64,000 nucleotides of DNA from Azolla caroliniana (taxonomy: Eukaryota; Plantae; Polypodiophyta). Made by a program: the position numbers and the translations under genes. Positions 41,871 through 57,300 of the stretch are shown piece by piece. The stretch lies in NCBI GenBank assembly GCA_043228905.1, contig JBHGNT010000006.1, positions 310,001 to 374,000 of the forward strand. The letters run 5' to 3'. Position 1 is the stretch's first letter; each line of letters starts with the position of its first letter. A model generated the notes under the pieces. That model worked only from the letters and a program-made list of their open reading frames with translations. It had not been told where the DNA came from and ran no database searches.

Positions 41871-44800
41871 ACCTACTAGCTCTTCTCAACTCAATCCTCA
41901 AATTTGGTAATTTCGTCATGTCTCTCGACCTGAGTTTCAAAATCTTGATTTTTTAACTCCATATCATAGCTAGCGTTGTTAGCTTCGATTCGCATGTTTG
42001 TACACAAATATCCGATATCACACGAGCCAGGTATGAACATTTTTATTTACCTACTAGCTCTTCTCAACTCACTCCTCAAATTTGGTAATTACGTCATGTC
42101 TCTCGAGCTGAGTTTCAAAATCTTGATTTTTAAATTCCATATCATAGCTACCGTTGTTAGCTTCGATTCGCATATTTGTACTCAAAAATCCGATATCACA
42201 CGAGCCAGGTATGAACATTTTAATTTACCTACTAGCTCCTCTCAACTAACTCCTCAAATTTGGTAATTTCGTCATGTCTCTCGACCTGAGTTTCAGAATC
42301 TTGATTTTTTAATTCTATATCATAGCTAGCGTTGTTAGCTTCGATTCGCATGTTTGAACACAAAAATCCGATATCACACGAGCCAGGTATGAACATTTTA
42401 ATTTACCTACTAGCTCTTCTCAACTCAATCCTCAAATTTGGTAATTTCGTCATGTCTCTCGACCTGAGTTTCAAAATCTTGATTTTTTAATTCCATATCA
42501 TAGCTAGCGTTGTTAGCTTCGATTCGCATGTTTGAACACAAAAATCCGATATCACACGAGTCAGGTATGAACAATTTAATTTACCTACTAGCTCTTCTCA
42601 ACTCACTCCTCAAATTTGGTAATTTCTTCATGTCTCTCGACCTGAGTTTCAAAATCTTGATTTTTTAATTTCATATCATAGCTAGCGTTGTTAGCTTCGA
42701 TTCGCATGTTTGAATACAAAAATCTGATATCACACGAGCCAGGTATGAACATTTTAATTTACCTACTAGCTCTTCTCAACTCAATCCTCAAAGTTGGTAA
42801 TTTCGTCATGTCTCTCGACCTGAGTTTCAAAATCTTGATTTTTTAATTCCATATCATAGCTAGCGTTGTTAGCTTCGATTCGCATGTTTGAATACAAAAA
42901 TCCGATGTCACACGAGCAAGGTATGAACAATTTAATTCACCTACTAGCTCTTCTCAACTCAATCCTCAAATTTGGTAATTTCGTCATGTCTCTCGACCTG
43001 AGTTTCAAAATCTTGATTTTTTAACTCCATATCATAGCTAGCGTTGTTAGCTTCGATTCGCATGTTTGTACACAAATATCCGATATCACACGAGCCAGGT
43101 ATGAACATTTTTATTTACCTACTAGCTCTTCTCAACTCACTCCTCAAATTTGGTAATTACGTCATGTCTCTCGAGCTGAGTTTCAAAATCTTGATTTTTA
43201 AATTCCATATCATAGCTAGCGTTGTTAGCTTCGATTCGCATATTTGTACTCAAAAATCCGATATCACACGAGCCAGGTATGAACATTTTAATTTACCTAC
43301 TAGCTCCTCTCAACTCACTCCTCAAATTTGGTAATTTCGTCATGTCTCTCGACCTGAGTTTCAGAATCTTGATTTTTTAATTCTATATCATAGCTAGCGT
43401 TGTTAGCTTCGATTCGCATGTTTGAACACAAAAATCCGATATCACACGAGCCAGGTATGAACATTTTAATTTACCTACTAGCTCTTCTCAACTCAATCCT
43501 CAAATTTGGTAATTTCGTCATGTCTCTCGACCTGAGTTTCAAAATCTTGATTTTTTAATTCCATATCATAGCTAGCGTTGTTAGCTTCGATTCGCATGTT
43601 TGAACACAAAAATCCGATATCACACGAGTCAGGTATGAACATTTTTATTTACTCAAGGGCTCCTCTCAACTCACTCCTCAAATTTGGTAATTTCTTCATG
43701 TCTCTCGACCTGAGTTTCAAAATCTTGATTTTTAAATTCCATATCATAGCTAGCGTTGTTAGCTTCGATTCGCATGTTTGAAAACAAAAATCCGATATCA
43801 CACGAGCCAGGTATGAACATTTTAATTTACCTACTAGCTCTTCTCAACTCAATCCTCAAATTTGGTAATTTCGTCATGTCTCTCGACCTGAGTTTCAAAA
43901 TCTTGATTTTTTAATTCTATATCATAGCTAGCGGTGTTAGCTTCGATTCGCATGTTTGTACACAAATATCCGATATCACACGAGCCAGGTATGAACATTT
44001 TTATTTACCTACTAGCTCTTCTCAACTCACTCCTCAAATTTGGTAATTACGTCATGTCTCTCGACCTGAGTTTCAGAATCTTGATTTTTTAATTCTATAT
44101 CATAGCTAGCGTTGTTAGCTTCGATTCGCATGTTTGAACACAAAAATCCGATATCACACGAGCCAGGTATGAACATTTTAATTTACCTACTAGCTCTTCT
44201 CAACTCAATCCTCAAATTTGGTAATTTCGTCATGTCTCTCGACCTGAGTTTCAAAATCTTGATTTTTTAATTCCATATCATAGCTAGCGTTGTTAGCTTC
44301 GATTCGCATGTTTGAATACAAAAATCCGATGTCACACGAGCCAGGTATGAACAATTTAATTCACCTACTAGCTCTTCTCAACTCAATCCTCAAATTTGGT
44401 AATTTCGTCATGTCTCTCGAGCTGAGTTTCAAAATCTTGATTTTTTAATTCCATATCATAGCTAGCGTTGTTATCTTCGATTCGCATGTTTGAACACAAA
44501 AATCCGATATCACACGAGCCAGGTATGAACATTTTTATTTACTCAAGGGCTCCTCTCAACTCGCTCCTCAAATTTTGTAATTACGTCATGTCTCTCGACC
44601 TGAGTTTCAAAATCTTGATTTTTTAATTCCATATCATAGCTAGTGTTGTTAGCTTCGATTCGCATGTTTGAATACAAAAATCCGATGTCACACGAGCCAG
44701 GTATGAACAATTTAATTCACCTACTAGCTCTTCTCAACTCAGTCCCCAAATTTGGTAATTTCGTCATGTCTCTCGACCTGAGTTTCAAAATCTTGATTTT

Positions 44801-47800
44801 TTAATTCCATATCATAGCTAGCGTTGTTAGCTTCGATTCGCATGTTTGAACACAAAAATCCGATATCACACGAGCCAGGTATGAACATTTTTATTTACTC
44901 AAGGGCTCCTCTCAACTCGCTCCTCAAATTTTGTAATTACGTCATGTCTCTCGACCTGAGTTTCAAAATCTTGATTTTTTAATTCCATATCATAGCTAGC
45001 GTTGTTAGCTTCGATTCGCATATTTGTACTCAAAAATCCGATATCACACGAGCCAGGTATGAAGATTTTAATTTACCTACTAGCTCCTCTCAAGTAACTC
45101 CTCAAATTTGGTAATTTCGTCATGTCTCTCGACCTGATATTCAGAATCTTGATTTTTTAATTCTATATCATAGCTAGCGGTGTTAGCTTCGATTCGCATA
45201 TTTCTACTCAAAAATCCGATATCACACGACCTAGGTATGAACATTTTAATTTACCTACTAGCTCTTCTCAACTCAATCCTCAAAGTTGGTAATTTCGTCA
45301 TGTCTCTCGACCTGAGTTTCAAAATCTTGATTTTTTAATTCCATATCATAGCTAGCGTTGTTAGCTTCGATTCGCATGTTTGAATACAAAAATCCGATGT
45401 CACACGAGCAAGGTATGAACAATTTAATTCACCTACTAGCTCTTCTCAACTCAATCCTCAAATTTGGTAATTTCGTCATGTCTCTCGACCTGAGTTTCAA
45501 AATCTTGATTTTTTAACTCCATATCATAGCTAGCGTTGTTAGCTTCGATTCGCATGTTTGTACACAAATATCCGATATCACACGAGCCAGGTATGAACAT
45601 TTTTATTTACCTACTAGCTCTTCTCAACTCACTCCTCAAATTTGGTAATTACGTCATGTCTCTCGAGCTGAGTTTCAAAATCTTGATTTTTAAATTCCAT
45701 ATCATAGCTAGCGTTGTTAGCTTCGATTCGCATATTTGTACTCAAAAATCCGATATCACACGAGCCAGGTATGAACATTTTAATTTACCTACTAGCTCCT
45801 CTCAACTAACTCCTCAAATTTGGTAATTTCGTCATGTCTCTCGACCTGAGTTTCAGAATCTTGATTTTTTAATTCTATATCATAGCTAGCGTTGTTAGCT
45901 TCGATTCGCATGTTTGAACACAAAAATCCGATATCACACGAGCCAGGTATGAACATTTTAATTTACCTACTAGCTCTTCTCAACTCAATCCTCAAATTTG
46001 GTAATTTCGTCATGTCTCTCGACCTGAGTTTCAAAATCTTGATTTTTTAATTCCATATCATAGCTAGCGTTGTTAGCTTCGATTCGCATGTTTGAACACA
46101 AAAATCCGATATCACACGAGTCAGGTATGAACATTTTTATTTACTCAAGGGCTCCTCTCAACTCACTCCTCAAATTTGGTAATTTCTTTATGTCTCTCGA
46201 CCTGAGTTTCAAAATCTTGATTTTTAAATTCCATATCATAGCTAGCGTTGTTAGCTTCGATTCGCATGTTTGAAAACAAAAATCCTATATCACACGAGCC
46301 AGGTATGAACATTTTAATTTACCTACTAGCTCTTCTCAACTCAATCCTCAAATTTGGTAATTTCGTCATGTCTCTCGACCTGAGTTTCAAAATCTTGATT
46401 TTTTAATTCTATATCATAGCTAGCGGTGTTAGCTTCGATTCGCATGTTTGTACACAAATATCCGATATGACACGAGCCAGGTATGAACATTTTTATTTAC
46501 CTACTAGCTCTTCTCAACTCACTCCTCAAATTTGGTAATTACGTCATGTCTCTCGACCTGAGTTTCAGAATCTTGATTTTTTAATTCTATATCATAGCTA
46601 GCGTTGTTAGCTTCGATTCGCATGTTTGAACACAAAAATCCGATATCACACGAGCCAGGTATGAACATTTTAATTTACCTACTAGCTCTTCTCAACTCAA
46701 TCCTCAAATTTGGTAATTTCGTCATGTCTCTCGACCTGAGTTTCAAAATCTTGATTTTTTAATTCCATATCATAGCTAGCGTTGTTAGCTTCGATTCGCA
46801 TGTTTGAATACAAAAATCCGATGTCACACGAGCCAGGTATGAACAATTTAATTCACCTAGTAGCTCTTCTCAACTCAATCCTCAAATTTGGTAATTTCGT
46901 CATGTCTCTCGAGCTGAGTTTCAAAATCTTGATTTTTTAATTCCATATCATAGCTAGCGTTGTTAGCTTCGATTCGCATGTTTGAACACAAAAATCCGAT
47001 ATCACACGAGCCAGGTATGAACATTTTTATTTACTCAAGGGCTCCTCTCAACTCGCTCCTCAAATTTTGTAATTACGTCATGTCTCTCGACCTGAGTTTC
47101 AAAATCTTGATTTTTTAATTCCATATCATAGCTAGCGTTGTTAGCTTCGATTCGCATGTTTGAATACAAAAATCCGATGTCACACGAGCCAGGTATGAAC
47201 AATTTAATTCACCTACTAGCTCTTCTCAACTCAGTCCCCAAATTTGGTAATTTCGTCATGTCTCTCGACCTGAGTTTCAAAATCTTGATTTTTTAACTCC
47301 ATATCATAGCTAGCGTTGTTAGCTTCGATTCGCATGTTTGTACACAAATATCCGATATCACACGAGCCAGGTATGAACATTTTTATTTACCTACTAGCTC
47401 TTCTCAACTCACTCCTCAAATTTGGTAATTACGTCATGTCTCTCGAGCTGAGTTTCAAAATCTTGATTTTTAAATTCCATATCATAGCTAGCGTTGTTAG
47501 CTTCGATTCGCATATTTGTACTCAAAAATCCGATATCACACGAGCCAGGTATGAACATTTTAATTTACCTACTAGCTCCTCTCAACTAACTCCTCAAATT
47601 TGGTAATTTCGTCATGTCTCTCGACCTGAGTTTCAGAATCTTGATTTTTTAATTCTATATCATAGCTAGCGTTGTTAGCTTCGATTCGCATGTTTGAACA
47701 CAAAAATCCGATATCACACGAGCCAGGTATGAACATTTTAATTTACCTACTAGCTCTTCTCAACTCAATCCTCAAATTTGGTAATTTCGTCATGTCTCTC

Positions 47801-50800
47801 GACCTGAGTTTCAAAATCTTGATTTTTTAATTCCATATCATAGCTAGCGTTGTTAGCTTCGATTCGCATGTTTGAACACAAAAATCCGATATCACACGAG
47901 TCAGGTATGAACATTTTTATTTACTCAAGGGCTCCTCTCAACTCACTCCTCAAATTTGGTAATTTCTTTATGTCTCTCGACCTGAGTTTCAAAATCTTGA
48001 TTTTTAAATTCCATATCATAGCTAGCGTTGTTAGCTTCGATTCGCATGTTTGAAAACAAAAATCCTATATCACACGAGCCAGGTATGAACATTTTAATTT
48101 ACCTACTAGCTCTTCTCAACTCAATCCTCAAATTTGGTAATTTCGTCATGTCTCTCGACCTGAGTTTCAAAATCTTGATTTTTTAATTCTATATCATAGC
48201 TAGCGGTGTTAGCTTCGATTCGCATGTTTGTACACAAATATCCGATATGACACGAGCCAGGTATGAACATTTTTATTTACCTACTAGCTCTTCTCAACTC
48301 ACTCCTCAAATTTGGTAATTACGTCATGTCTCTCGACCTGAGTTTCAGAATCTTGATTTTTTAATTCTATATCATAGCTAGCGTTGTTAGCTTCGATTCG
48401 CATGTTTGAACACAAAAATCCGATATCACACGAGCCAGGTATGAACATTTTAATTTACCTACTAGCTCTTCTCAACTCAATCCTCAAATTTGGTAATTTC
48501 GTCATGTCTCTCGACCTGAGTTTCAAAATCTTGATTTTTTAACTCCATATCATAGCTAGCGTTGTTAGCTTCGATTCGCATGTTTGTACACAAATATCCG
48601 ATATCACACGAGCCAGGTATGAACATTTTTATTTACCTACTAGCTCTTCTCAACTCACTCCTCAAATTTGGTAATTACGTCATGTCTCTCGAGCTGAGTT
48701 TCAAAATCTTGATTTTTAAATTCCATATCATAGCTACCGTTGTTAGCTTCGATTCGCATATTTGTACTCAAAAATCCGATATCACACGAGCCAGGTATGA
48801 ACATTTTAATTTACCTACTAGCTCCTCTCAACTAACTCCTCAAATTTGGTAATTTCGTCATGTCTCTCGACCTGAGTTTCAGAATCTTGATTTTTTAATT
48901 CTATATCATAGCTAGCGTTGTTAGCTTCGATTCGCATGTTTGAACACAAAAATCCGATATCACACGAGCCAGGTATGAACATTTTAATTTACCTACTAGC
49001 TCTTCTCAACTCAATCCTCAAATTTGGTAATTTCGTCATGTCTCTCGACCTGAGTTTCAAAATCTTGATTTTTTAATTCCATATCATAGCTAGCGTTGTT
49101 AGCTTCGATTCGCATGTTTGAACACAAAAATCCGATATCACACGAGTCAGGTATGAACAATTTAATTTACCTACTAGCTCTTCTCAACTCACTCCTCAAA
49201 TTTGGTAATTTCTTCATGTCTCTCGACCTGAGTTTCAAAATCTTGATTTTTTAATTTCATATCATAGCTAGCGTTGTTAGCTTCGATTCGCATGTTTGAA
49301 TACAAAAATCTGATATCACACGAGCCAGGTATGAACATTTTAATTTACCTACTAGCTCTTCTCAACTCAATCCTCAAAGTTGGTAATTTCGTCATGTCTC
49401 TCGACCTGAGTTTCAAAATCTTGATTTTTTAATTCCATATCATAGCTAGCGTTGTTAGCTTCGATTCGCATGTTTGAATACAAAAATCCGATGTCACACG
49501 AGCAAGGTATGAACAATTTAATTCACCTACTAGCTCTTCTCAACTCAATCCTCAAATTTGGTAATTTCGTCATGTCTCTCGACCTGAGTTTCAAAATCTT
49601 GATTTTTTAACTCCATATCATAGCTAGCGTTGTTAGCTTCGATTCGCATGTTTGTACACAAATATCCGATATCACACGAGCCAGGTATGAACATTTTTAT
49701 TTACCTACTAGCTCTTCTCAACTCACTCCTCAAATTTGGTAATTACGTCATGTCTCTCGAGCTGAGTTTCAAAATCTTGATTTTTAAATTCCATATCATA
49801 GCTAGCGTTGTTAGCTTCGATTCGCATATTTGTACTCAAAAATCCGATATCACACGAGCCAGGTATGAACATTTTAATTTACCTACTAGCTCCTCTCAAC
49901 TCACTCCTCAAATTTGGTAATTTCGTCATGTCTCTCGACCTGAGTTTCAGAATCTTGATTTTTTAATTCTATATCATAGCTAGCGTTGTTAGCTTCGATT
50001 CGCATGTTTGAACACAAAAATCCGATATCACACGAGCCAGGTATGAACATTTTAATTTACCTACTAGCTCTTCTCAACTCAATCCTCAAATTTGGTAATT
50101 TCGTCATGTCTCTCGACCTGAGTTTCAAAATCTTGATTTTTTAATTCCATATCATAGCTAGCGTTGTTAGCTTCGATTCGCATGTTTGAACACAAAAATC
50201 CGATATCACACGAGTCAGGTATGAACATTTTTATTTACTCAAGGGCTCCTCTCAACTCACTCCTCAAATTTGGTAATTTCTTCATGTCTCTCGACCTGAG
50301 TTTCAAAATCTTGATTTTTAAATTCCATATCATAGCTAGCGTTGTTAGCTTCGATTCGCATGTTTGAAAACAAAAATCCGATATCACACGAGCCAGGTAT
50401 GAACATTTTAATTTACCTACTAGCTCTTCTCAACTCAATCCTCAAATTTGGTAATTTCGTCATGTCTCTCGACCTGAGTTTCAAAATCTTGATTTTTTAA
50501 TTCTATATCATAGCTAGCGGTGTTAGCTTCGATTCGCATGTTTGTACACAAATATCCGATATCACACGAGCCAGGTATGAACATTTTTATTTACCTACTA
50601 GCTCTTCTCAACTCACTCCTCAAATTTGGTAATTACGTCATGTCTCTCGACCTGAGTTTCAGAATCTTGATTTTTTAATTCTATATCATAGCTAGCGTTG
50701 TTAGCTTCGATTCGCATGTTTGAACACAAAAATCCGATATCACACGAGCCAGGTATGAACATTTTAATTTACCTACTAGCTCTTCTCAACTCAATCCTCA

Positions 50801-53800
50801 AATTTGGTAATTTCGTCATGTCTCTCGACCTGAGTTTCAAAATCTTGATTTTTTAATTCCATATCATAGCTAGCGTTGTTAGCTTCGATTCGCATGTTTG
50901 AATACAAAAATCCGATGTCACACGAGCCAGGTATGAACAATTTAATTCACCTACTAGCTCTTCTCAACTCAATCCTCAAATTTGGTAATTTCGTCATGTC
51001 TCTCGAGCTGAGTTTCAAAATCTTGATTTTTTAATTCCATATCATAGCTAGCGTTGTTATCTTCGATTCGCATGTTTGAACACAAAAATCCGATATCACA
51101 CGAGCCAGGTATGAACATTTTTATTTACTCAAGGGCTCCTCTCAACTCGCTCCTCAAATTTTGTAATTACGTCATGTCTCTCGACCTGAGTTTCAAAATC
51201 TTGATTTTTTAATTCCATATCATAGCTAGCGTTGTTAGCTTCGATTCGCATGTTTGAATACAAAAATCCGAAGTCACACGAGCCAGGTATGAACAATTTA
51301 ATTCACCTACTAGCTCTTCTCAACTCAGTCCCCAAATTTGGTAATTTCGTCATGTCTCTCGACCTGAGTTTCAAAATCTTGATTTTTTAATTCCATATCA
51401 TAGCTAGCGTTGTTAGCTTCGATTCGCATGTTTGAACACAAAAATCCGATATCACACGAGCCAGGTATGAACATTTTTATTTACTCAAGGGCTCCTCTCA
51501 ACTCGCTCCTCAAATTTTGTAATTACGTCATGTCTCTCGACCTGAGTTTCAAAATCTTGATTTTTTAATTCCATATCATAGCTAGCGTTGTTAGCTTCGA
51601 TTCGCATATTTGTACTCAAAAATCCGATATCACACGAGCCAGGTATGAAGATTTTAATTTACCTACTAGCTCCTCTCAAGTAACTCCTCAAATTTGGTAA
51701 TTTCGTCATGTCTCTCGACCTGATATTCAGAATCTTGATTTTTTAATTCTATATCATAGCTAGCGGTGTTAGCTTCGATTCGCATATTTCTACTCAAAAA
51801 TCCGATATCACACGACCTAGGTATGAACATTTTAATTTACCTACTAGCTCTTCTCAACTCAATCCTCAAAGTTGGTAATTTCGTCATGTCTCTCGACCTG
51901 AGTTTCAAAATCTTGATTTTTTAATTCCATATCATAGCTAGCGTTGTTAGCTTCGATTCGCATGTTTGAATACAAAAATCCGATGTCACACGAGCAAGGT
52001 ATGAACAATTTAATTCACCTACTAGCTCTTCTCAACTCAATCCTCAAATTTGGTAATTTCGTCATGTCTCTCGACCTGAGTTTCAAAATCTTGATTTTTT
52101 AACTCCATATCATAGCTAGCGTTGTTAGCTTCGATTCGCATGTTTGTACACAAATATCCGATATCACACGAGCCAGGTATGAACATTTTTATTTACCTAC
52201 TAGCTCTTCTCAACTCACTCCTCAAATTTGGTAATTACGTCATGTCTCTCGAGCTGAGTTTCAAAATCTTGATTTTTAAATTCCATATCATAGCTAGCGT
52301 TGTTAGCTTCGATTCGCATATTTGTACTCAAAAATCCGATATCACACGAGCCAGGTATGAACATTTTAATTTACCTACTAGCTCCTCTCAACTAACTCCT
52401 CAAATTTGGTAATTTCGTCATGTCTCTCGACCTGAGTTTCAGAATCTTGATTTTTTAATTCTATATCATAGCTAGCGTTGTTAGCTTCGATTCGCATGTT
52501 TGAACACAAAAATCCGATATCACACGAGCCAGGTATGAACATTTTAATTTACCTACTAGCTCTTCTCAACTCAATCCTCAAATTTGGTAATTTCGTCATG
52601 TCTCTCGACCTGAGTTTCAAAATCTTGATTTTTTAATTCCATATCATAGCTAGCGTTGTTAGCTTCGATTCGCATGTTTGAACACAAAAATCCGATATCA
52701 CACGAGTCAGGTATGAACATTTTTATTTACTCAAGGGCTCCTCTCAACTCACTCCTCAAATTTGGTAATTTCTTTATGTCTCTCGACCTGAGTTTCAAAA
52801 TCTTGATTTTTAAATTCCATATCATAGCTAGCGTTGTTAGCTTCGATTCGCATGTTTGAAAACAAAAATCCTATATCACACGAGCCAGGTATGAACATTT
52901 TAATTTACCTACTAGCTCTTCTCAACTCAATCCTCAAATTTGGTAATTTCGTCATGTCTCTCGACCTGAGTTTCAAAATCTTGATTTTTTAATTCTATAT
53001 CATAGCTAGCGGTGTTAGCTTCGATTCGCATGTTTGTACACAAATATCCGATATGACACGAGCCAGGTATGAACATTTTTATTTACCTACTAGCTCTTCT
53101 CAACTCACTCCTCAAATTTGGTAATTACGTCATGTCTCTCGACCTGAGTTTCAGAATCTTGATTTTTTAATTCTATATCATAGCTAGCGTTGTTAGCTTC
53201 GATTCGCATGTTTGAACACAAAAATCCGATATCACACGAGCCAGGTATGAACATTTTAATTTACCTACTAGCTCTTCTCAACTCAATCCTCAAATTTGGT
53301 AATTTCGTCATGTCTCTCGACCTGAGTTTCAAAATCTTGATTTTTTAATTCCATATCATAGCTAGCGTTGTTAGCTTCGATTCGCATGTTTGAATACAAA
53401 AATCCGATGTCACACGAGCCAGGTATGAACAATTTAATTCACCTAGTAGCTCTTCTCAACTCAATCCTCAAATTTGGTAATTTCGTCATGTCTCTCGAGC
53501 TGAGTTTCAAAATCTTGATTTTTTAATTCCATATCATAGCTAGCGTTGTTAGCTTCGATTCGCATGTTTGAACACAAAAATCCGATATCACACGAGCCAG
53601 GTATGAACATTTTTATTTACTCAAGGGCTCCTCTCAACTCGCTCCTCAAATTTTGTAATTACGTCATGTCTCTCGACCTGAGTTTCAAAATCTTGATTTT
53701 TTAATTCCATATCATAGCTAGCGTTGTTAGCTTCGATTCGCATGTTTGAATACAAAAATCCGATGTCACACGAGCCAGGTATGAACAATTTAATTCACCT

Positions 53801-53882
53801 ACTAGCTCTTCTCAACTCAGTCCCCAAATTTGGTAATTTCGTCATGTCTCTCGACCTGAGTTTCAAAATCTTGATTTTTTAA
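41871..53882 (+). repeat. 6,586-bp (37-mer) tandem duplication, about 1.8 units
   Basis: ORF pairs 41976/48562, 43044/49630, 43578/50164, 45536/52122, 46070/52656; private variants GCTACCGT 42151/48737 and CTGATATTC 45135/51721; 6586 = 37 x 178. Confidence 0.93.
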
Positions 53883-54399
53883 TTCCATATCATAGCTAGC
53901 GTTGTTAGCTTCGATTCGCATGTTTGAACACAAAAATCCGATATCACACGAGCCAGGTATGAACATTTTTATTTACTCAAGGGCTCCTCTCAACTCGCTC
54001 CTCAAATTTGGTAATTACGTCATGTCTCTCGACCTGAGTTTCAAAATCTTGATTTTTTAATTCCATATCATAGCTAGCGTTGTTAGCTTCGATTCGAATA
54101 TTTGTACTCAAAAATCCGATATCACACGAGCCAGGTATGAAGATTTTAATTTACCTACTAGCTCCTCTCAAGTAACTCCTCAAATTTGGTAATTTCGTCA
54201 TGTCTCTCGACCTGATATTCAGAATCTTGATTTTTTAATTCTATATCATAGCTAGCGGTGTTAGCTTCGATTCGCATATTTCTACTCAAAAATCCGATAT
54301 CACACGACCTAGGTATGAACATTTTAATTTACCTACTAGCTCTTCTCAACTCAATCCTCAAATTTGGTAATTTCGTCATGTCTCTCGACCTGAGTTTCA

Positions 54400-57300
54400 A
54401 AATCTTGATTTTTTAATTCTATATCATAGCTAGCGTTGTTAGCTTCGATTCGCATGTTTGAACACAAAAATCCGATATCACACGAGTCAGGTATGAACAT
54501 TTTTATTTACTCAAGGGCTCCTCTCAACTCAGTCCCCAAATTTGGTAATTTCTTCATGTCTCTCGACCTGAGTTTCAAAATCTTGATTTTTTAATTCCAT
54601 ATCATAGCTAGCGTTGTTACCTTCGATTCGCATATTTGTACTCAAAAATCCGATATCACACGAGCCAGGTATGAACATTTTAATTTACCTACTAGCTCTT
54701 CTCAACTCACTCCTCAAATTTGGTAATTACGTCATGTCTCTCGACCTGAGTTTCAGAATCTTGATTTTTTAATTCTATATCATAGCTAGCGTTGTTAGCT
54801 TCGATTCGCATGTTTGAACACAAAAATCCGATATCACACGAGCCAGGTATGAACATTTTAATTTACCTACTAGCTCTTCTCAACTCAATCCTCAAATTTG
54901 GTAATTTCGTCATGTCTCTCGACCTGAGTTTCAAAATCTTGATTTTTTAATTCTATATCATAGCTAGCGGTGTTAGCTTCGATTCGCATGTTTGTACACA
55001 AATATCCGATATCACACGAGCCAGGTATGAACATTTTTATTTACCTACTAGCTCTTCTCAACTCACTCCTCAAATTTGGTAATTACGTCATGTCTCTCGA
55101 GCTAAGTTTCAAAATCTTGATTTTTTAATTCCATATCATAGCTAGCGTTGTTATCTTCGATTCGCATGTTTGAATACAAAAATCCGATGTCACACGAGCC
55201 AGGTATGAACATTTTAATTTACCTACTAGCTCTTCTCAACTCAATCCTCAAATTTTTGTAATTTCGTCATGTCTCTCGACCTGAGTTTCAAAATCTTGAT
55301 TTTTTAATTCCATATCATAGCTAGCGTTGTTAGCTTCGATTCGCATGTTTGAACACAAAATCCCGATATCACACGAGTCAGGTATGAACATTTTTATTTA
55401 CTCAAGGGCTCCTCTCAACTCACTCCTCAAATTTGGTAATTTCTTCATGTCTCTCGACCTGAGTTTCAAAATCTTGATTTTTAAATTCCATATCATAGCT
55501 AGCGTTGTTAGCTTCGATTCGCATGTTTGAACACAAAAATCCGATATCACACGAGCCAGGTATGAACATTTTAATTTACCTACTAGCTCTTCTCAACTCA
55601 ATCCTCAAATTTGGTAATTTCGTCATGTCTCTCGAGCTGAGTTTCAAAATCTTGATTTTTTAATTCTATATCATAGCTAGCGGTGTTAGCTTCGATTCGC
55701 ATGTTTGTATACAAATATCCGATATCACACGAGCCAGGTATGAACATTTTTATTTACCTACTAGCTCTTCTCAACTCACTCCTCAAATTTGGTAATTACG
55801 TCATGTCTCTCGACCTGAGTTTCAGAATCTTGATTTTTTAATTCTATATCATAGCTAGCGTTGTTAGCTTCGATTCGCATGTTTGTACACAAAAATCTGA
55901 TATCACACGAGCCAGGTATGAACAATTTAATTTACCTACTAGCTCTTCTCAACTCACTCCTCAAATTTGGTAATTTCTTCATGTCTCTCGACCTGAGTTT
56001 CAAAATCTTGATTTTTTAATTCCATATCATAGCTAGCGTTGTTAGCTTCGATTCGCATATTTGTACTCAAAAATCCGATATCACACGAGCCAGGTATGAA
56101 GATTTTAATTTACCTACTAGCTCTTCTCAACTCAATCCTCAAATTTGGTAATTTCGTCATGTCTCTCGACCTGAGTTTCAAAATCTTGATTTTTTAATTC
56201 TATATCATAGCTAGCGTTGTTAGCTTCGATTCGCATGTTTGAATACAAAAATCCGATGTCACACGAGCAAGGTATAAACAATTTAATTCACCTACTAGCT
56301 CTTCTCAACTCAATCCTCAAATTTGGTAATTTCGTCATGTCTCTCGACCTGAGTTTCAAAATCTTGATTTTTTAACTCCATATCATAGCTAGCGTTGTTA
56401 GCTTCGATTCGCATGTTTGTACACAAATATCCGATATCACACGAGCCAGGTATGAAAATTTTAATTTACCTACTAGCTCCTCTCAACTCACTCCTCAAAT
56501 TTGGTAATTACGTCATGTCTCTCGAGCTGAGTTTCAAAATCTTGATTTTTAAATTCCATATCATAGCTAGCGTTGTTAGCTTCGATTCGCATATTTGTAC
56601 TCAAAAATCCGATATCACACGAGCCAGGTATGAACATTTTAATTTACCTACTAGCTCCTCTCAACTAACTCCTCAAATTTGGTAATTTCGTCATGTCTCT
56701 CGACCTGAGTTTCAAAATCTTGATTTTTTAATTCTATATCATAGCTAGCGTTGTTAGCTTCGATTCGCATGTTTGTACACAAATATCCGATATCACACGA
56801 GCCAGGTATGAACATTTTTATTTACCTACTAGCTCTTCTCAACTCACTCCTCAAATTTGGTAATTACGTCATGTCTCTCGACCTGAGTTTCAGAATCTTG
56901 ATTTTTTAATTCTATATCATAGCTAGCGTTGTTAGCTTCGATTCGCATGTTTGAACACAAAAATCCGATATCACACGAGCCAGGTATGAACATTTTAATT
57001 TACCTACTAGCTCTTCTCAACTCAATCCTCAAATTTGGTAATTCCGTCATGTCTCTCGACCTGAGTTTCAAAATCTTGATTTTTTAATTCCATATCATAG
57101 CTAGCGTTGTTAGCTTCGATTCGCATGTTTGAATACAAAAATCCGATGTCACACGAGCCAGGTATGAACAATTTAATTCACCTACTAGCTCTTCTCAACT
57201 CAATCCTCAAATTTGGTAATTTCGTCATGTCTCTCGAGCTGAGTTTCAAAAACTTGATTTTTTAATTCCATATCATAGCTAGCGTTGTTAGCTTCGATTC

